From Candidatus Bathyarchaeia archaeon (GTDB lineage Archaea; Thermoproteota; Bathyarchaeia; Bathyarchaeales; Bathycorpusculaceae): DNA of 64,000 bases. Positions 29,267 to 39,186 of this stretch are shown here, piece after piece (position 1 is the stretch's first letter; the number at the start of each line of letters is the position of its first letter). Position numbers and translations under genes: made by a program. The stretch covers positions 192,001-256,000 of the forward strand of contig JAVZNE010000001.1 of NCBI GenBank assembly GCA_038882975.1. The letters run 5' to 3'. The notes under the pieces were generated by a model. It had not been told where the DNA came from. It did not search any database and worked only from the letters and a program-made list of their open reading frames with translations.

Positions 29267-29917
29267 TTATTGGAGCCTCTTCTTGCAGAGGAACCAGTCA
29301 ACGCACTCATAGCCCTCTTGCAAGCGTTTTTCAGCCTCTTCTTGCGTTGTAGGTGGCGGCACTATAACTGGGTCGCCTGGTCTCCAGTTTGCTGGTAAAG
29401 CCACCTTGTGCTTGTCGGCTGTTTGCAATGCATCAATTAGCCTCAAAATTTCGTCCATGTTTCTCCCGACGTTCAGTGGATAGTATATCATTGCCCTAAG
29501 CTTCATTTCCGGGTCTATTACAAAGACGCAGCGCACTGCTGCTGTTGTGCTTTGTTTGGGGTGTATCATGCCAAACAGGTTCGCTACTTTCATATCCAAG
29601 TCGGCGATAACAGGGAACGGTATGGTTACGCCGAGCTTCTCCTTTATTGTTCTAACCCATGCAATGTGGGAGTAGACGCTGTCGATGCTTAACCCTATGA
29701 GTTGGACATTGCGCTTAGCAAGTTCTGGATATATTTGGGCGAAGGCTACAAACTCTGTTGTGCAGACCGGCGTAAAATCTGCTGGATGCGAAAATAGGAT
29801 GACCCATTTTCCTTTAAAGTCTGAAAGCCTTATCTTGCCGTGTGTTGTCACGGCCTCAAAATCTGGGACTATTTCGCCGAGACTCAAGAGAGGCTTTTTC
29901 TCCTCAATTTTTTCCAT
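29267..29917 (-). CDS. peroxiredoxin (Prx6/archaeal type)
   Basis: [26 protein letters not shown]. Confidence 0.93.
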   Translation of the reverse strand: MEKIEEKKPLLSLGEIVPDFEAVTTHGKIRLSDFKGKWVILFSHPADFTPVCTTEFVAFAQIYPELAKRNVQLIGLSIDSVYSHIAWVRTIKEKLGVTIPFPVIADLDMKVANLFGMIHPKQSTTAAVRCVFVIDPEMKLRAMIYYPLNVGRNMDEILRLIDALQTADKHKVALPANWRPGDPVIVPPPTTQEEAEKRLQEGYECVDWFLCKKRLQ

Positions 29918-29970
29918 TTTATTTCATTCCTCCTCCGATTTTAAACCGTAATCCTTTTATCCTTCAAGAC

Positions 29971-30030
29971 TTATATGCTTTTCGTACAAAATTCGGCAAA
30001 AATCGTAAAGAATGGTGCGAAAATGGTAAA
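29971..30030 (+). promoter_or_regulatory. TATA box plus helically phased putative Lrp operator
   Basis: TTATAT followed by T(C/G)G triplets at 10-11 bp spacing, separated by A tracts. Confidence 0.5.
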
Positions 30031-30469
30031 AAAGATTGCGGAAATAGACGAACTTGACCTAAAAATCCTAAAACTTCTAGAGGAAGACGGACGCCTAACT
30101 TTCATAGACATAGCCAAAAAATTAAGGCTGAGCGAATCAACAATAAGGAAAAGGGTTCAAGCTCTAAAAGAAAACGGCGTAATAAAAAGGTTCACGGTGG
30201 AAATAGACCCAGCTAAAATAGGCCTAAACACCGTTGCAATAGTTGGCATAGACGTGGATCCGCCTAAACTTTTGGAGGTAGCCCAAAAACTCTGCGAGTT
30301 TAAAGAAATCCGATGTGTAGCCACGTCCACGGGAGACCACATGATAATGACCGAAATATGGACGGAGGACGGACGCGAACTCACAAGACTTATTTCGGAA
30401 AAAATTGGGCCTATTGAAGGCGTCAAGAAAATTTGTCCGGCAATAATTCTAGAGAAACTGAAAGGCTGA
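30023..30469 (+). CDS. Lrp/AsnC regulator (LrpA-like)
   Basis: [45 protein letters not shown]. Confidence 0.9.
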   Translation: MVKKIAEIDELDLKILKLLEEDGRLTFIDIAKKLRLSESTIRKRVQALKENGVIKRFTVEIDPAKIGLNTVAIVGIDVDPPKLLEVAQKLCEFKEIRCVATSTGDHMIMTEIWTEDGRELTRLISEKIGPIEGVKKICPAIILEKLKG

Positions 30470-30491
30470 AATTGTCGGAGGATTATGGGGC

Positions 30492-32624
30492 TTGAGCACT
30501 CACAGCCATCACGCCCACCACGTTGGAGAGTTTAAGCGGCGATTTTTAGTTTCGCTAGCACTAACGGTGCCAATTCTGCTTCTTTCAGAAATGATTCAGA
30601 TGTGGCTCGGCCTAGAATGGATAAAAATCCCCTACCAGAAAGAGGTGTTGTCCCTCCTATCCATAATTGTCTACCTTTATGGCGGGTGGCCTTTCCTAAA
30701 AGGCTTGTATCAAGAGGTTAAGGGCAGACAGCCCGGCATGATGACGCTTATTGGCATGGCTGTTTCTGTGGCCATGTTTTACTCGCTTGGAACAGTCTAC
30801 TTCGCCATAAGCGGCAAAGATTTCTTCTGGGAACTCGCAACCCTAATCGATGTTATGCTTTTGGGGCATTGGATTGAGGCAAAAAGCGTTATGGGCGCTT
30901 CTATGGCTTTGGAGGAGCTTGTCCGAATAATGCCAACAACAGCCCACCTAATAAAAAACGGCGAAATCATAGACACCCCAGTCTCACAGCTGAAAAAGGG
31001 CGATGTTGTTCTTGTGAGACCCGGCGAGAAAATCCCGTCCGACGGCGTTGTTGTTGAAGGCGAATCATATGTTAATGAGGCCTTGTTAACCGGAGAGTCC
31101 AGGCCAATAGGCAAAAAGGTTGGCGAAAAAGTTGTTGGAGGCTCAATAAATGGCGAAGGCATACTAAAAGTTCGGATAGAACGTATCGGTGAAGAAACTT
31201 ACCTGGCACAAGTTATTAAACTGGTTAGGCAAGCCCAGGAAAGCCGCTCGCGAACGCAGGATTTGGCGAACAGAGCCGCCGCGCTCCTTTTCTATGTGGC
31301 GTTAAGCGTCGGCATAATAACCTTCGCAGCTTGGTCTTTTATGACTAGTTGGGATTTTGCCATCGAAAGAGCTGTAACAGTTCTCGTTATCGCTTGCCCC
31401 CATGCTTTAGGATTAGCCATACCATTGGTTGTTGCTCTTTCCACATCCATAACAGCAAAGAGCGGAATCCTCATAAGGGATAGGCGAGCCTTCGAAATGG
31501 TGAAAGACGTTAACGCCGTTGTTTTCGACAAGACTGGCACATTGACTGTTGGAAAATTCGGAGTCACCGACATTGTCCCCTTCATACCGGAAGAGGAGCT
31601 TTTGAGGCTTACGGCAGGTGTGGAGCTAAACTCTGAACATGTAATAGCAAAAGCCATAGTAGAATATGCCGAAAGCAAAGGCGTCAAAATTCCACAAGCA
31701 AAGGGTTTTAAGGCTTTGCCTGGTAGGGGCGCCTATGGAAAAGTTGGGAGAAGAGAAGTTTATGTTGGAAGCGTAAACCTCCTTGAAGAGTTGAAAATAG
31801 CCGTTAAAGATCCGAGAATAAGGAAACTGCAAGACCAAGGCAAAACGGTTGTTTTCACGGTTGTGGATGGAAAACTTGCTGGTGCATTCGCGTTGGCAGA
31901 CAGCATAAGGGAGGAATCCCGTGAAGCCGTCAGAAAATTGAAAGAAAACGGCGTCAAGGTTTACATGTTAACCGGAGATTCTGAAGAGGTTGCCCGATGG
32001 GTTGCAAAAGAGCTTAGCATAGACAGCTATTTCGCGCGGGTTCTCCCGGATAAAAAGGCTGAGAAAATTAGGCGTCTAAAAGAGGAAGGCTACCGAGTAG
32101 CCATGGTCGGCGACGGCGTGAATGACGCACCAGCACTTGTTACGGCGGATGTTGGAATAGCCATAGGCGCTGGAACAGATGTAGCCATAGAAAGCGCAGA
32201 CATAATCCTAGTTAAAAACGACCCACGAGACGTGGTGAAAGTCATAGATATCTCGCGCAAAACATATTCAAAGATGGTTCAAAACCTATGGTGGGCTGCA
32301 GGCTACAACATAATAACAATTCCAGTAGCAGCTGGAATCCTATCAGGTTTTGGAGTGACGCTTCCAGCGGCGGTTGGCGCAATAATAATGTCCTTCAGCA
32401 CAGTTATAGTGGCATTAAACAGTCAAACTTTGAGGAAGTATGAACCAGAGGAGGTGAAAGCTATTATGGCAAAGAAAACCCTTGTAAAAGACCCAGTTTG
32501 TGGAATGAAGATAGACCCAGAAACGGCGTTTAGCAAAGTTGAGCATGAAGGCCGCATAATCTACTTCTGCTCCAAAATGTGCGAGGAAGAGTTTAAGAAA
32601 AACCCAAAGAAGTACATAAAATAA
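30492..32624 (+). CDS. copB: P1B-3 copper-exporting ATPase with C-terminal YHS/TRASH domain
   Basis: His-rich N-terminus, TGES, CPHALGL, DKTGT, GDGVND; tail DPVCGM..YFCS..C. Confidence 0.9.
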   Translation: MSTHSHHAHHVGEFKRRFLVSLALTVPILLLSEMIQMWLGLEWIKIPYQKEVLSLLSIIVYLYGGWPFLKGLYQEVKGRQPGMMTLIGMAVSVAMFYSLGTVYFAISGKDFFWELATLIDVMLLGHWIEAKSVMGASMALEELVRIMPTTAHLIKNGEIIDTPVSQLKKGDVVLVRPGEKIPSDGVVVEGESYVNEALLTGESRPIGKKVGEKVVGGSINGEGILKVRIERIGEETYLAQVIKLVRQAQESRSRTQDLANRAAALLFYVALSVGIITFAAWSFMTSWDFAIERAVTVLVIACPHALGLAIPLVVALSTSITAKSGILIRDRRAFEMVKDVNAVVFDKTGTLTVGKFGVTDIVPFIPEEELLRLTAGVELNSEHVIAKAIVEYAESKGVKIPQAKGFKALPGRGAYGKVGRREVYVGSVNLLEELKIAVKDPRIRKLQDQGKTVVFTVVDGKLAGAFALADSIREESREAVRKLKENGVKVYMLTGDSEEVARWVAKELSIDSYFARVLPDKKAEKIRRLKEEGYRVAMVGDGVNDAPALVTADVGIAIGAGTDVAIESADIILVKNDPRDVVKVIDISRKTYSKMVQNLWWAAGYNIITIPVAAGILSGFGVTLPAAVGAIIMSFSTVIVALNSQTLRKYEPEEVKAIMAKKTLVKDPVCGMKIDPETAFSKVEHEGRIIYFCSKMCEEEFKKNPKKYIK

Positions 32625-32692
32625 GCGGCAAAGGGGATAAAGCTTTAACCAGAGATGCCCCTTACGTTTTTGACTGATATAATGCTGGTGGG

Positions 32693-33730
32693 TTGTTGGG
32701 CAGGCTAGCCGAACTAAAACTTGCAATGGGCACATCCATATTTCTAGTGGCTTTCATATTTGCGCTCTTTTTGGCGGCGATAATGATAATCTTTCAATTC
32801 AGCCTCATCTACGCCATAATAGGCACAGCACTATTCATACTCATCCAATATTTGATTGGACCAGCAGTGGTGGCAAGTTCAACAAGGCTCCGCTATTTGG
32901 AAAAGGGAGAAAACCCTTGGCTTGAAGAAACAGTGAAAGAGTTAGCCGATAAATCCGGACTGCCAATGCCAAAACTGGCTATTGTGCCAGACGAAACGCC
33001 AAACGCTTTTGTCTTTGGAAGAACAGCCAAAGATGCCACCCTAGCAGTGCATGAAGGACTCCTCAAAAGGCTTAACAAGGACGAAATCAGGGGCGTAATA
33101 GGCCACGAGCTTGGCCACATAAAACACAAAGACTTCATCGTCATGACAGTACTTTCGGCACTACCGCTCCTAGCCTATTTGATTGCGAGGGCAACATGGG
33201 AAGCTGGAAGGTGGGCCCCAGCATCAAAAAAGAAGGAGGAAGGTAGCATAAAGGCAGCGCTTTTCGCAGTGGCAATAATCTCCTACATCGTTTACATCAT
33301 TTCGCTCTTATGTGTCATGGGTTTAAGCAGGCTACGGGAGCACTACGCTGACGCCTATTCCGCCTACTTGACTGGGTCGCCTAGAAGCCTCCAAAGCGCC
33401 CTAGCAAAAATCACTTACGGTTTGTCGCTTTCGCCAAAACCGCCATCCGGTGCTAGAACCTTCTACATTGGTGACCCGTCGATGGCTAAGCTGGAAATAT
33501 CCTCCATAATGGAGAAGAAGGCGGAATACGACTTGGATAGGGACGGCGTCTTAGACGAGCGGGAACTGGAACTGGCCATGGAGAAGGAGGCAAAATCCAC
33601 ATGGGCGAAAATCAACACTTGGTTCTCAACGCACCCGCCTACGTTCAAGCGAATTCTGCTTTTGCACGAAATTGAAATGGAGATGGAAAGTGGAAGATTC
33701 ACCGGCGACCGCATATACGCAAAAATCTAG
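32693..33730 (+). CDS. htpX: M48 zinc metalloprotease
   Basis: PNAF, HELGH, SRLREHYAD, THPP. Confidence 0.9.
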   Translation: MLGRLAELKLAMGTSIFLVAFIFALFLAAIMIIFQFSLIYAIIGTALFILIQYLIGPAVVASSTRLRYLEKGENPWLEETVKELADKSGLPMPKLAIVPDETPNAFVFGRTAKDATLAVHEGLLKRLNKDEIRGVIGHELGHIKHKDFIVMTVLSALPLLAYLIARATWEAGRWAPASKKKEEGSIKAALFAVAIISYIVYIISLLCVMGLSRLREHYADAYSAYLTGSPRSLQSALAKITYGLSLSPKPPSGARTFYIGDPSMAKLEISSIMEKKAEYDLDRDGVLDERELELAMEKEAKSTWAKINTWFSTHPPTFKRILLLHEIEMEMESGRFTGDRIYAKI

Positions 33731-33737
33731 ACCCTTT

Positions 33738-34388
33738 CTAGCCTAGACATCCTGAAACATAGCTTAAAAAAGCCTCAGTTTCATCATTTTCCCAGCTGAA
33801 CTGAAAAAGCCTATCAACCCAGTCTCTAGCCAATTCTAAAAGACAATCATCCAACTCTCTCGTTATATAGACGAGCACGCAGCGGGTTTCTGGTTTCCAA
33901 CGTTTTAGAATGGCGAAAGAGGCAACAGCCGTTTTAAGTCTAGCTGAATCAAGCTCAACCTTCGCGTCAAAAACAACCAGCGGATCAATAAACCCGTCCG
34001 CTCTCCGCCCAATGGAAATATCAAATTCCATGGCATAACTTTTCTCGCCGTCTTGCCAAACAAGGCATTTCTCACCCCAAAACACTTCAAAAGGCTTCTT
34101 GACGGCGACCCTCTCTTTTAGGAGGCGGCAAACGTATTCTTCAAAGGCGTAGGCGCGGAACTTTCCGAAAAACTGTGCAACGCCAATTTTAGACTTGTTT
34201 ACCCTTATGGTTTCATTAAATTTGAGGAAGTCTTTTAGGGCTATGGTTTTCGTCCACTTCTCATATTGGGTTTGTAAGGCTTTTCCAAGCCTACGCTGTT
34301 TTGCTTTTCTGCTGGAACATAGCTCGTTTATATAGTCTATGGGCTTTTTGGCTCTTGCCAATAAGGGTCTCCAAAAGCGTTTTATCAC
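33738..34388 (-). CDS. putative PD-(D/E)xK nuclease-fold protein
   Basis: AFEEYV..EFDISI..VFDAKV pattern. Confidence 0.5.
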   Translation of the reverse strand: MIKRFWRPLLARAKKPIDYINELCSSRKAKQRRLGKALQTQYEKWTKTIALKDFLKFNETIRVNKSKIGVAQFFGKFRAYAFEEYVCRLLKERVAVKKPFEVFWGEKCLVWQDGEKSYAMEFDISIGRRADGFIDPLVVFDAKVELDSARLKTAVASFAILKRWKPETRCVLVYITRELDDCLLELARDWVDRLFQFSWENDETEAFLSYVSGCLG

Positions 34389-34436
34389 GAACCGGATTTA
34401 TTACCTTCGTGGTCTAAGCGTGAAAGGTGTACTAAA

Positions 34437-35135
34437 ATGAGGGTTAGGCTTCTCCGTTATACGGCGGACCCCGAACTTCTTTGTGGGGCTGCAGCCCTAA
34501 CATCGTCAAGAAGCGGAAATCCATCTGAAATTTTTGATAGCATAGATTTGGATAGGGCTAGGCAGACAATTAGGCGTGTGACTGGTTATGGGCATATGTC
34601 GGTGATTGAGCATGCATCCTTTACTTTCAGCATAGAAGAGGTTTCAAGGGCTTTGACCCACCAGCTTGTCAGGCATCGCATCGCATCCTACACGCAGCAG
34701 AGCCAACGTTACGTGATATATGACACATTGAAAAAGTATGTGACGCCACCCACTATAGCCCAAAATTCAGAGGCAAAGAAAATCTTCGATGAAACATTAG
34801 AAAGTATATCGGCCACCTACAAGAAACTCTTGGAATTGGGCATTCCGAAAGAAGATGCGCGGTATATTCTTCCAAACGCTGCAAAAACAAACATTGTTGT
34901 CACCATGAACGCCCGTGAGCTCCGCCACTTCTTCAACTTGCGGTGCTGCGCCCGCTCTCAATGGGAACTTCGCGAAGTTGCAACAGAAATGCTTCGACAA
35001 GTGAAGAAGGTGGCGCCGTCGCTTTTCGAGAATGCCGGACCAACATGCGTTGAGCTTGGCTATTGCCCAGAGGGAAAAATGAAACCGCTAGAATGCAACA
35101 TTGAAGAAATTAAAAAGCGGTTCAAAAACCTCTAA
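34437..35135 (+). CDS. thyX: flavin-dependent thymidylate synthase
   Basis: GHMSVIEH, RHRIASYTQQSQRY, NARELRHF, QWE. Confidence 0.96.
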   Translation: MRVRLLRYTADPELLCGAAALTSSRSGNPSEIFDSIDLDRARQTIRRVTGYGHMSVIEHASFTFSIEEVSRALTHQLVRHRIASYTQQSQRYVIYDTLKKYVTPPTIAQNSEAKKIFDETLESISATYKKLLELGIPKEDARYILPNAAKTNIVVTMNARELRHFFNLRCCARSQWELREVATEMLRQVKKVAPSLFENAGPTCVELGYCPEGKMKPLECNIEEIKKRFKNL

Positions 35136-35154
35136 AACCCTTTAAGCGGTTCAA

Positions 35155-36033
35155 ATGCCAAGGTATAAGGCATATGCCATAACAACAAAGTACTGGCGAC
35201 CCGGGGAAGACTATGTAGGGCAGATAATTAAAAGCATTGAGGGGAAAGTTTCAAACGGAGACTTTATTATTATATCGGAAAAAGCCATTGCAACAGCCAC
35301 CGGCAATATTATAGATGAAAGCAAGGTAAAGCCAAGCCTAAATGCAAAAATCATCGCCAGACTTTGGATGCCACTTGTTTGGGGCTATTTTCTCGGTCCA
35401 ATATGTCACCTGCGAAGAAAGCTCATAGAAAGGCTTAGAAGCTATCCACGGGATGCTGGGAGTCGCCACAAGCAAGTCGCCCTTCAACATGCGGGTTTGC
35501 TGCAAGCCTTAATGTTCGGTTCTGAAGGAGGCATAGATGGAACAAACCTTCCATACGCTTATGTTTGCTTACCCCTAAAAAACGCCCAAGCCATAGCCGA
35601 AAAAATACAAAGAAAAATTTTAGAAGCACTTGGGCGGAAAGTTTGCGTTATAATTGCCGACACGGATAAGACATACTCTTTCAGAAATTTTCATTTCACG
35701 CCCAGACCTAAACCAATAAAGGGAATCCATAACCTTGGAAGCTTCATCGCCTATGTTGCTGGGCGGATGCTGAAGCTGAAGAGAAGGGCAACCCCAATAG
35801 CAGTGGCTGGACACCCCATCCCAACAGAAGAGGCATTAACGATTGCGGAGATTGCAAACCGCGCTAGGGGTTATGGAGCTGGCAGAACCGTCTGGGACAT
35901 GGCTGAAAAATTCAGTGTTAACTTGACCGAGGTTAGCTGGGAAATGCTAGAAAAAATAAAACATAAACCCATAGTAATAGTGCGCGGGATTTCTCGGCAA
36001 AAACCCGTGAATTTAACGAAAATTGAGACTTGA
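35155..36033 (+). CDS. CofE-like gamma-glutamyl ligase family protein
   Basis: IIISEK, GGIDGTN, VIIADT, PIVIVR. Confidence 0.7.
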   Translation: MPRYKAYAITTKYWRPGEDYVGQIIKSIEGKVSNGDFIIISEKAIATATGNIIDESKVKPSLNAKIIARLWMPLVWGYFLGPICHLRRKLIERLRSYPRDAGSRHKQVALQHAGLLQALMFGSEGGIDGTNLPYAYVCLPLKNAQAIAEKIQRKILEALGRKVCVIIADTDKTYSFRNFHFTPRPKPIKGIHNLGSFIAYVAGRMLKLKRRATPIAVAGHPIPTEEALTIAEIANRARGYGAGRTVWDMAEKFSVNLTEVSWEMLEKIKHKPIVIVRGISRQKPVNLTKIET

Positions 36034-36092
36034 TAAAACGTCTTTCTATAGGCTTGAAAATTTATAAGGCGCTATATTACAAACATTACTTT

Positions 36093-37453
36093 ATGGTTAA
36101 AAAATTTCATTTTTGTGTTTGTGCGTTGACACTTTTTGCATAGTGCTTTGGATTACGACCGTCATTAAGCCTTCATTTGAAGACATACCTACCACTGATA
36201 TCCCACTGTTTAAGATTTTGAATAAGGAGATTACAAGTTTTGTTGGAGGGGCGAACATTACATTGACTTTTCGTAATTATGGTTATAGTGCTACAAGCGG
36301 AACTGTTTGGATTCCTTGGGAGAAAGTTTGGTATGGAATAAAGTTGAGTGGTCATCCTCCACGTGGAAACATCAGCGAAGCAGTTTTGCCTTTTGATGTT
36401 AACGGAGACGGCGATATAGCAGATGTTTTTACTGTTGGATATATAGATAATAAAACTGTTCTAATCGAGGGGACGCCCGTTTATGCCATGCGTTTCCCGG
36501 AACAGATGGCACCATACGATTTTGGCATGTATATGATTTGGGAAAGGAGAGATTTCACTTTAGGTTCGAAGACTCACGCATTATATCGCGTTACTTACTA
36601 TCCAGCGCAGAACTATGGTTACGCTGCTTTTGGTTTAGAGTCATTTTTCCGTGATCACCCAAGCCCCAACATTGAATTTGTCATTGAGCGCGCAGCGGAT
36701 TCCATAAATAGCCCCGCAACAGCCGAGATAACCTATATGGAAATTAACGGAGTTTCGATTCCATACGAGTTTAACAGAGTCTTTGCAGCACTCGATGATC
36801 AGCAATGGTTTGTTGAAAATGTATATGTTTATCCTCTTGGTTCTGTAGCAAATGGCACCACGTTCACTGTTAAACTGACTATAACGGGCGACCCTGCCGC
36901 ATACTTATTCCATGCAATAATTAACTGGTCTCCTGACGCTTCTCATCTTTATCGATTCTATGTATGGGAAGCCGAGGATATTCCTATCGGTATAAGTGGA
37001 ACTGTTCACAGACAAGTTGATTACGGAGGCGAAACATTCAATATCGACATCAACACTAATTCAACAATTTCACCAATAATAGCCTTCAATTCCACAAAGA
37101 AGGAGATCAGTTTTAAAGCCGCCATTTATCCAGACTACAGAAAACCAGCCATGTATTTTTGGAACATAAGTATCCCTCAAAATCTTTTAACAGACAATCC
37201 TTGGACGGTCTCTTTAGACGGTGAAACGATACCATTTATATCAACCACCAACGGAACTCACACCTTTCTCTACTTCAATTATTCATTCCAGTACTGGTTC
37301 ATAATTCATACAATTTCCATAAAAGGAACATGGGCTATTCCAGAGGCAACACCAAATACTCTCCTGCCATTTTTCATCATAATAATATTCCTTGTATCCA
37401 CATTATACAAAAGAAGCGACGTGACCTCAACGAGAGCAACAAAAGATAGCTGA
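36093..37453 (+). CDS. cell-surface protein with PEF-CTERM-like anchor; 5' frameshift
   Basis: C-terminal GTWAIPE + TM + basic tail, many N-x-S/T sites, DVNGDG loop; signal peptide split across frames near 36100-36140. Confidence 0.65.
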
Positions 37454-37687
37454 GGTATCAATTTAATTGACTTTTTGTTGGTGTGGGATTCTAGAGGGGG
37501 AGGGGGCTATTGGTTGTTTTAAGCCAAAAACTATAGAGGGTAGTGTTTTTGTGGCTGTTTTCCAAGCACAAATATGTGGTTAGAAAGCTTCTATGCTTAG
37601 TGCTTTTGGTGGGGAAAAGGAAATAAAGAGCAAAGGATAAAACCAGCAAAAGAGTAGCCGCTTAACCATCAATTAAAAGGGTGAGAG

Positions 37688-39184
37688 GTGTTGGAGGCTT
37701 CTGTGGAAAAGCTTGACGCCTTTTTTAATCCAAAGTCTGTGGCTGTTGTTGGCGCCACTAAAAAGATAAGCAAGGCTGGACACGTCATATTCAAAAATTT
37801 TGTGGAAAACAAGAGAAGAGGAGTTTTTAAGGGGGAGCTTTACCCCGTAAACCCCCACGAAGACTACATTTTGGGCTTTCAATGCTACCCAAAATTGACA
37901 AAAATCCCAGGAAAACTTGAACTCGCCGTCATAGTTGTTCCAGCTGAGATTGTCCCAGAAATAATGGAAGACGCCGCAGCCAAAAAAGTTGAAGCCGTCG
38001 TTATAATCAGCTCCGGCTTTGGAGAGATCGGAAACCACGAACTGGAAAAGAAAGTTATCGAAATAGCGAAAAGGGCGGGAATAAGGGTTCTAGGCCCCAA
38101 CTGTCTAGGAGTCTACGACTCAAAAACAGGCGTTGACATGCTCTTCCTACCAGAGACAAAGATTTTGACCACCGGTGAAGAAGTTATTGCAACACCTAGA
38201 CCAATGAGGGGAAAAATAGCCATAGTAACCCAAAGCGGAGCCTTCGGAGTGGCAACCCTCGACTATCTGGCTGGCAAACAAATAGGCGTCAGCAAATTTG
38301 TAAGCTTCGGGAACAAGTGCGATGTGGATGAAGCAGAAATGCTCCACTACCTATACTATGACGACGAAACCAAGGTGATATTACTATACGTTGAAGACAT
38401 AAAGAACGGGAAAGCCTTCATCGAAGCTGCCTCAAAACTCACAAGAAAAAAGCCCATAATAGCCCTCAAAGCCGGCAAAACAGAAGCAGGAGCAAGAGCC
38501 GCCGCATCCCACACAGGCGCCATGGCAGGCTCAGACCAAATCTACAATGCCGCCTTCGCACAAACCGGAATTTTGAGAGTCAGAGATATGGAAGAATTTT
38601 TCGATGCGGCAAAAGCCTTCATCATGCAGCCACCAGCCGCTGGGAAAAACGTGGCAATAATAACAGATGCTGGCGGACCTGGAATATTGGCTGCTGACGA
38701 ATGCGAAGTCCAAGGGTTAGTCGTCAAACGATTTTCTGAAAAAACTATCCAAAAATTTGAAAAACTCAAAAAGGAGGGAAAACTCCCGAAATTTGCAACG
38801 AACCTAAATCCTGTTGACGTGACTGGTTCTGCTACCTCTGAAATGTTCGAGTTGGCAGCTGACATAGTCTTCCAAGATCCAGAAATTCACGGAGTACTAC
38901 TTCTCGGGCTGCATCACACACCCGGACTGCAAGAAGATTATATAGATAGGGTGACGAAGGTTGCCAGCAAATACGAGAAGCCCATTGTTGCATGCGACAT
39001 AGGCGAAACTGAAATGGCGTTACACATCCGCTCAAGATTCGAAAAGCTTGGAATCCCGGCGTACTCTTCACCAGAGGATGCGGCAAGAGCCATGAGCGCC
39101 CTCGCAAGATACGGATTATACTTGAAAAAGAAAGGATACTTTCAGGAGTATCTGCACAATTTCTTCAGAGAAAAGCGTAGATGA
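37688..39184 (+). CDS. acdA: ADP-forming acetyl-CoA synthetase alpha subunit
   Basis: PKSVAVVGA, GPNCLG, QSGA, ASHTGA phospho-His, NPVDVTG. Confidence 0.88.
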   Translation: MLEASVEKLDAFFNPKSVAVVGATKKISKAGHVIFKNFVENKRRGVFKGELYPVNPHEDYILGFQCYPKLTKIPGKLELAVIVVPAEIVPEIMEDAAAKKVEAVVIISSGFGEIGNHELEKKVIEIAKRAGIRVLGPNCLGVYDSKTGVDMLFLPETKILTTGEEVIATPRPMRGKIAIVTQSGAFGVATLDYLAGKQIGVSKFVSFGNKCDVDEAEMLHYLYYDDETKVILLYVEDIKNGKAFIEAASKLTRKKPIIALKAGKTEAGARAAASHTGAMAGSDQIYNAAFAQTGILRVRDMEEFFDAAKAFIMQPPAAGKNVAIITDAGGPGILAADECEVQGLVVKRFSEKTIQKFEKLKKEGKLPKFATNLNPVDVTGSATSEMFELAADIVFQDPEIHGVLLLGLHHTPGLQEDYIDRVTKVASKYEKPIVACDIGETEMALHIRSRFEKLGIPAYSSPEDAARAMSALARYGLYLKKKGYFQEYLHNFFREKRR

Positions 39185-39186
39185 AC

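Noticed and set aside
36141-36143. TAG read-through (pyrrolysine) in the surface protein
   Set aside because: The same frame closes again shortly afterwards; the long ORF is in another frame.
37485-37506. G-rich tract GGGATTCTAGAGGGGGAGGGGG (G-quadruplex or MITE end)
   Set aside because: Only three clear G-runs and no second copy or inverted partner found in the window.
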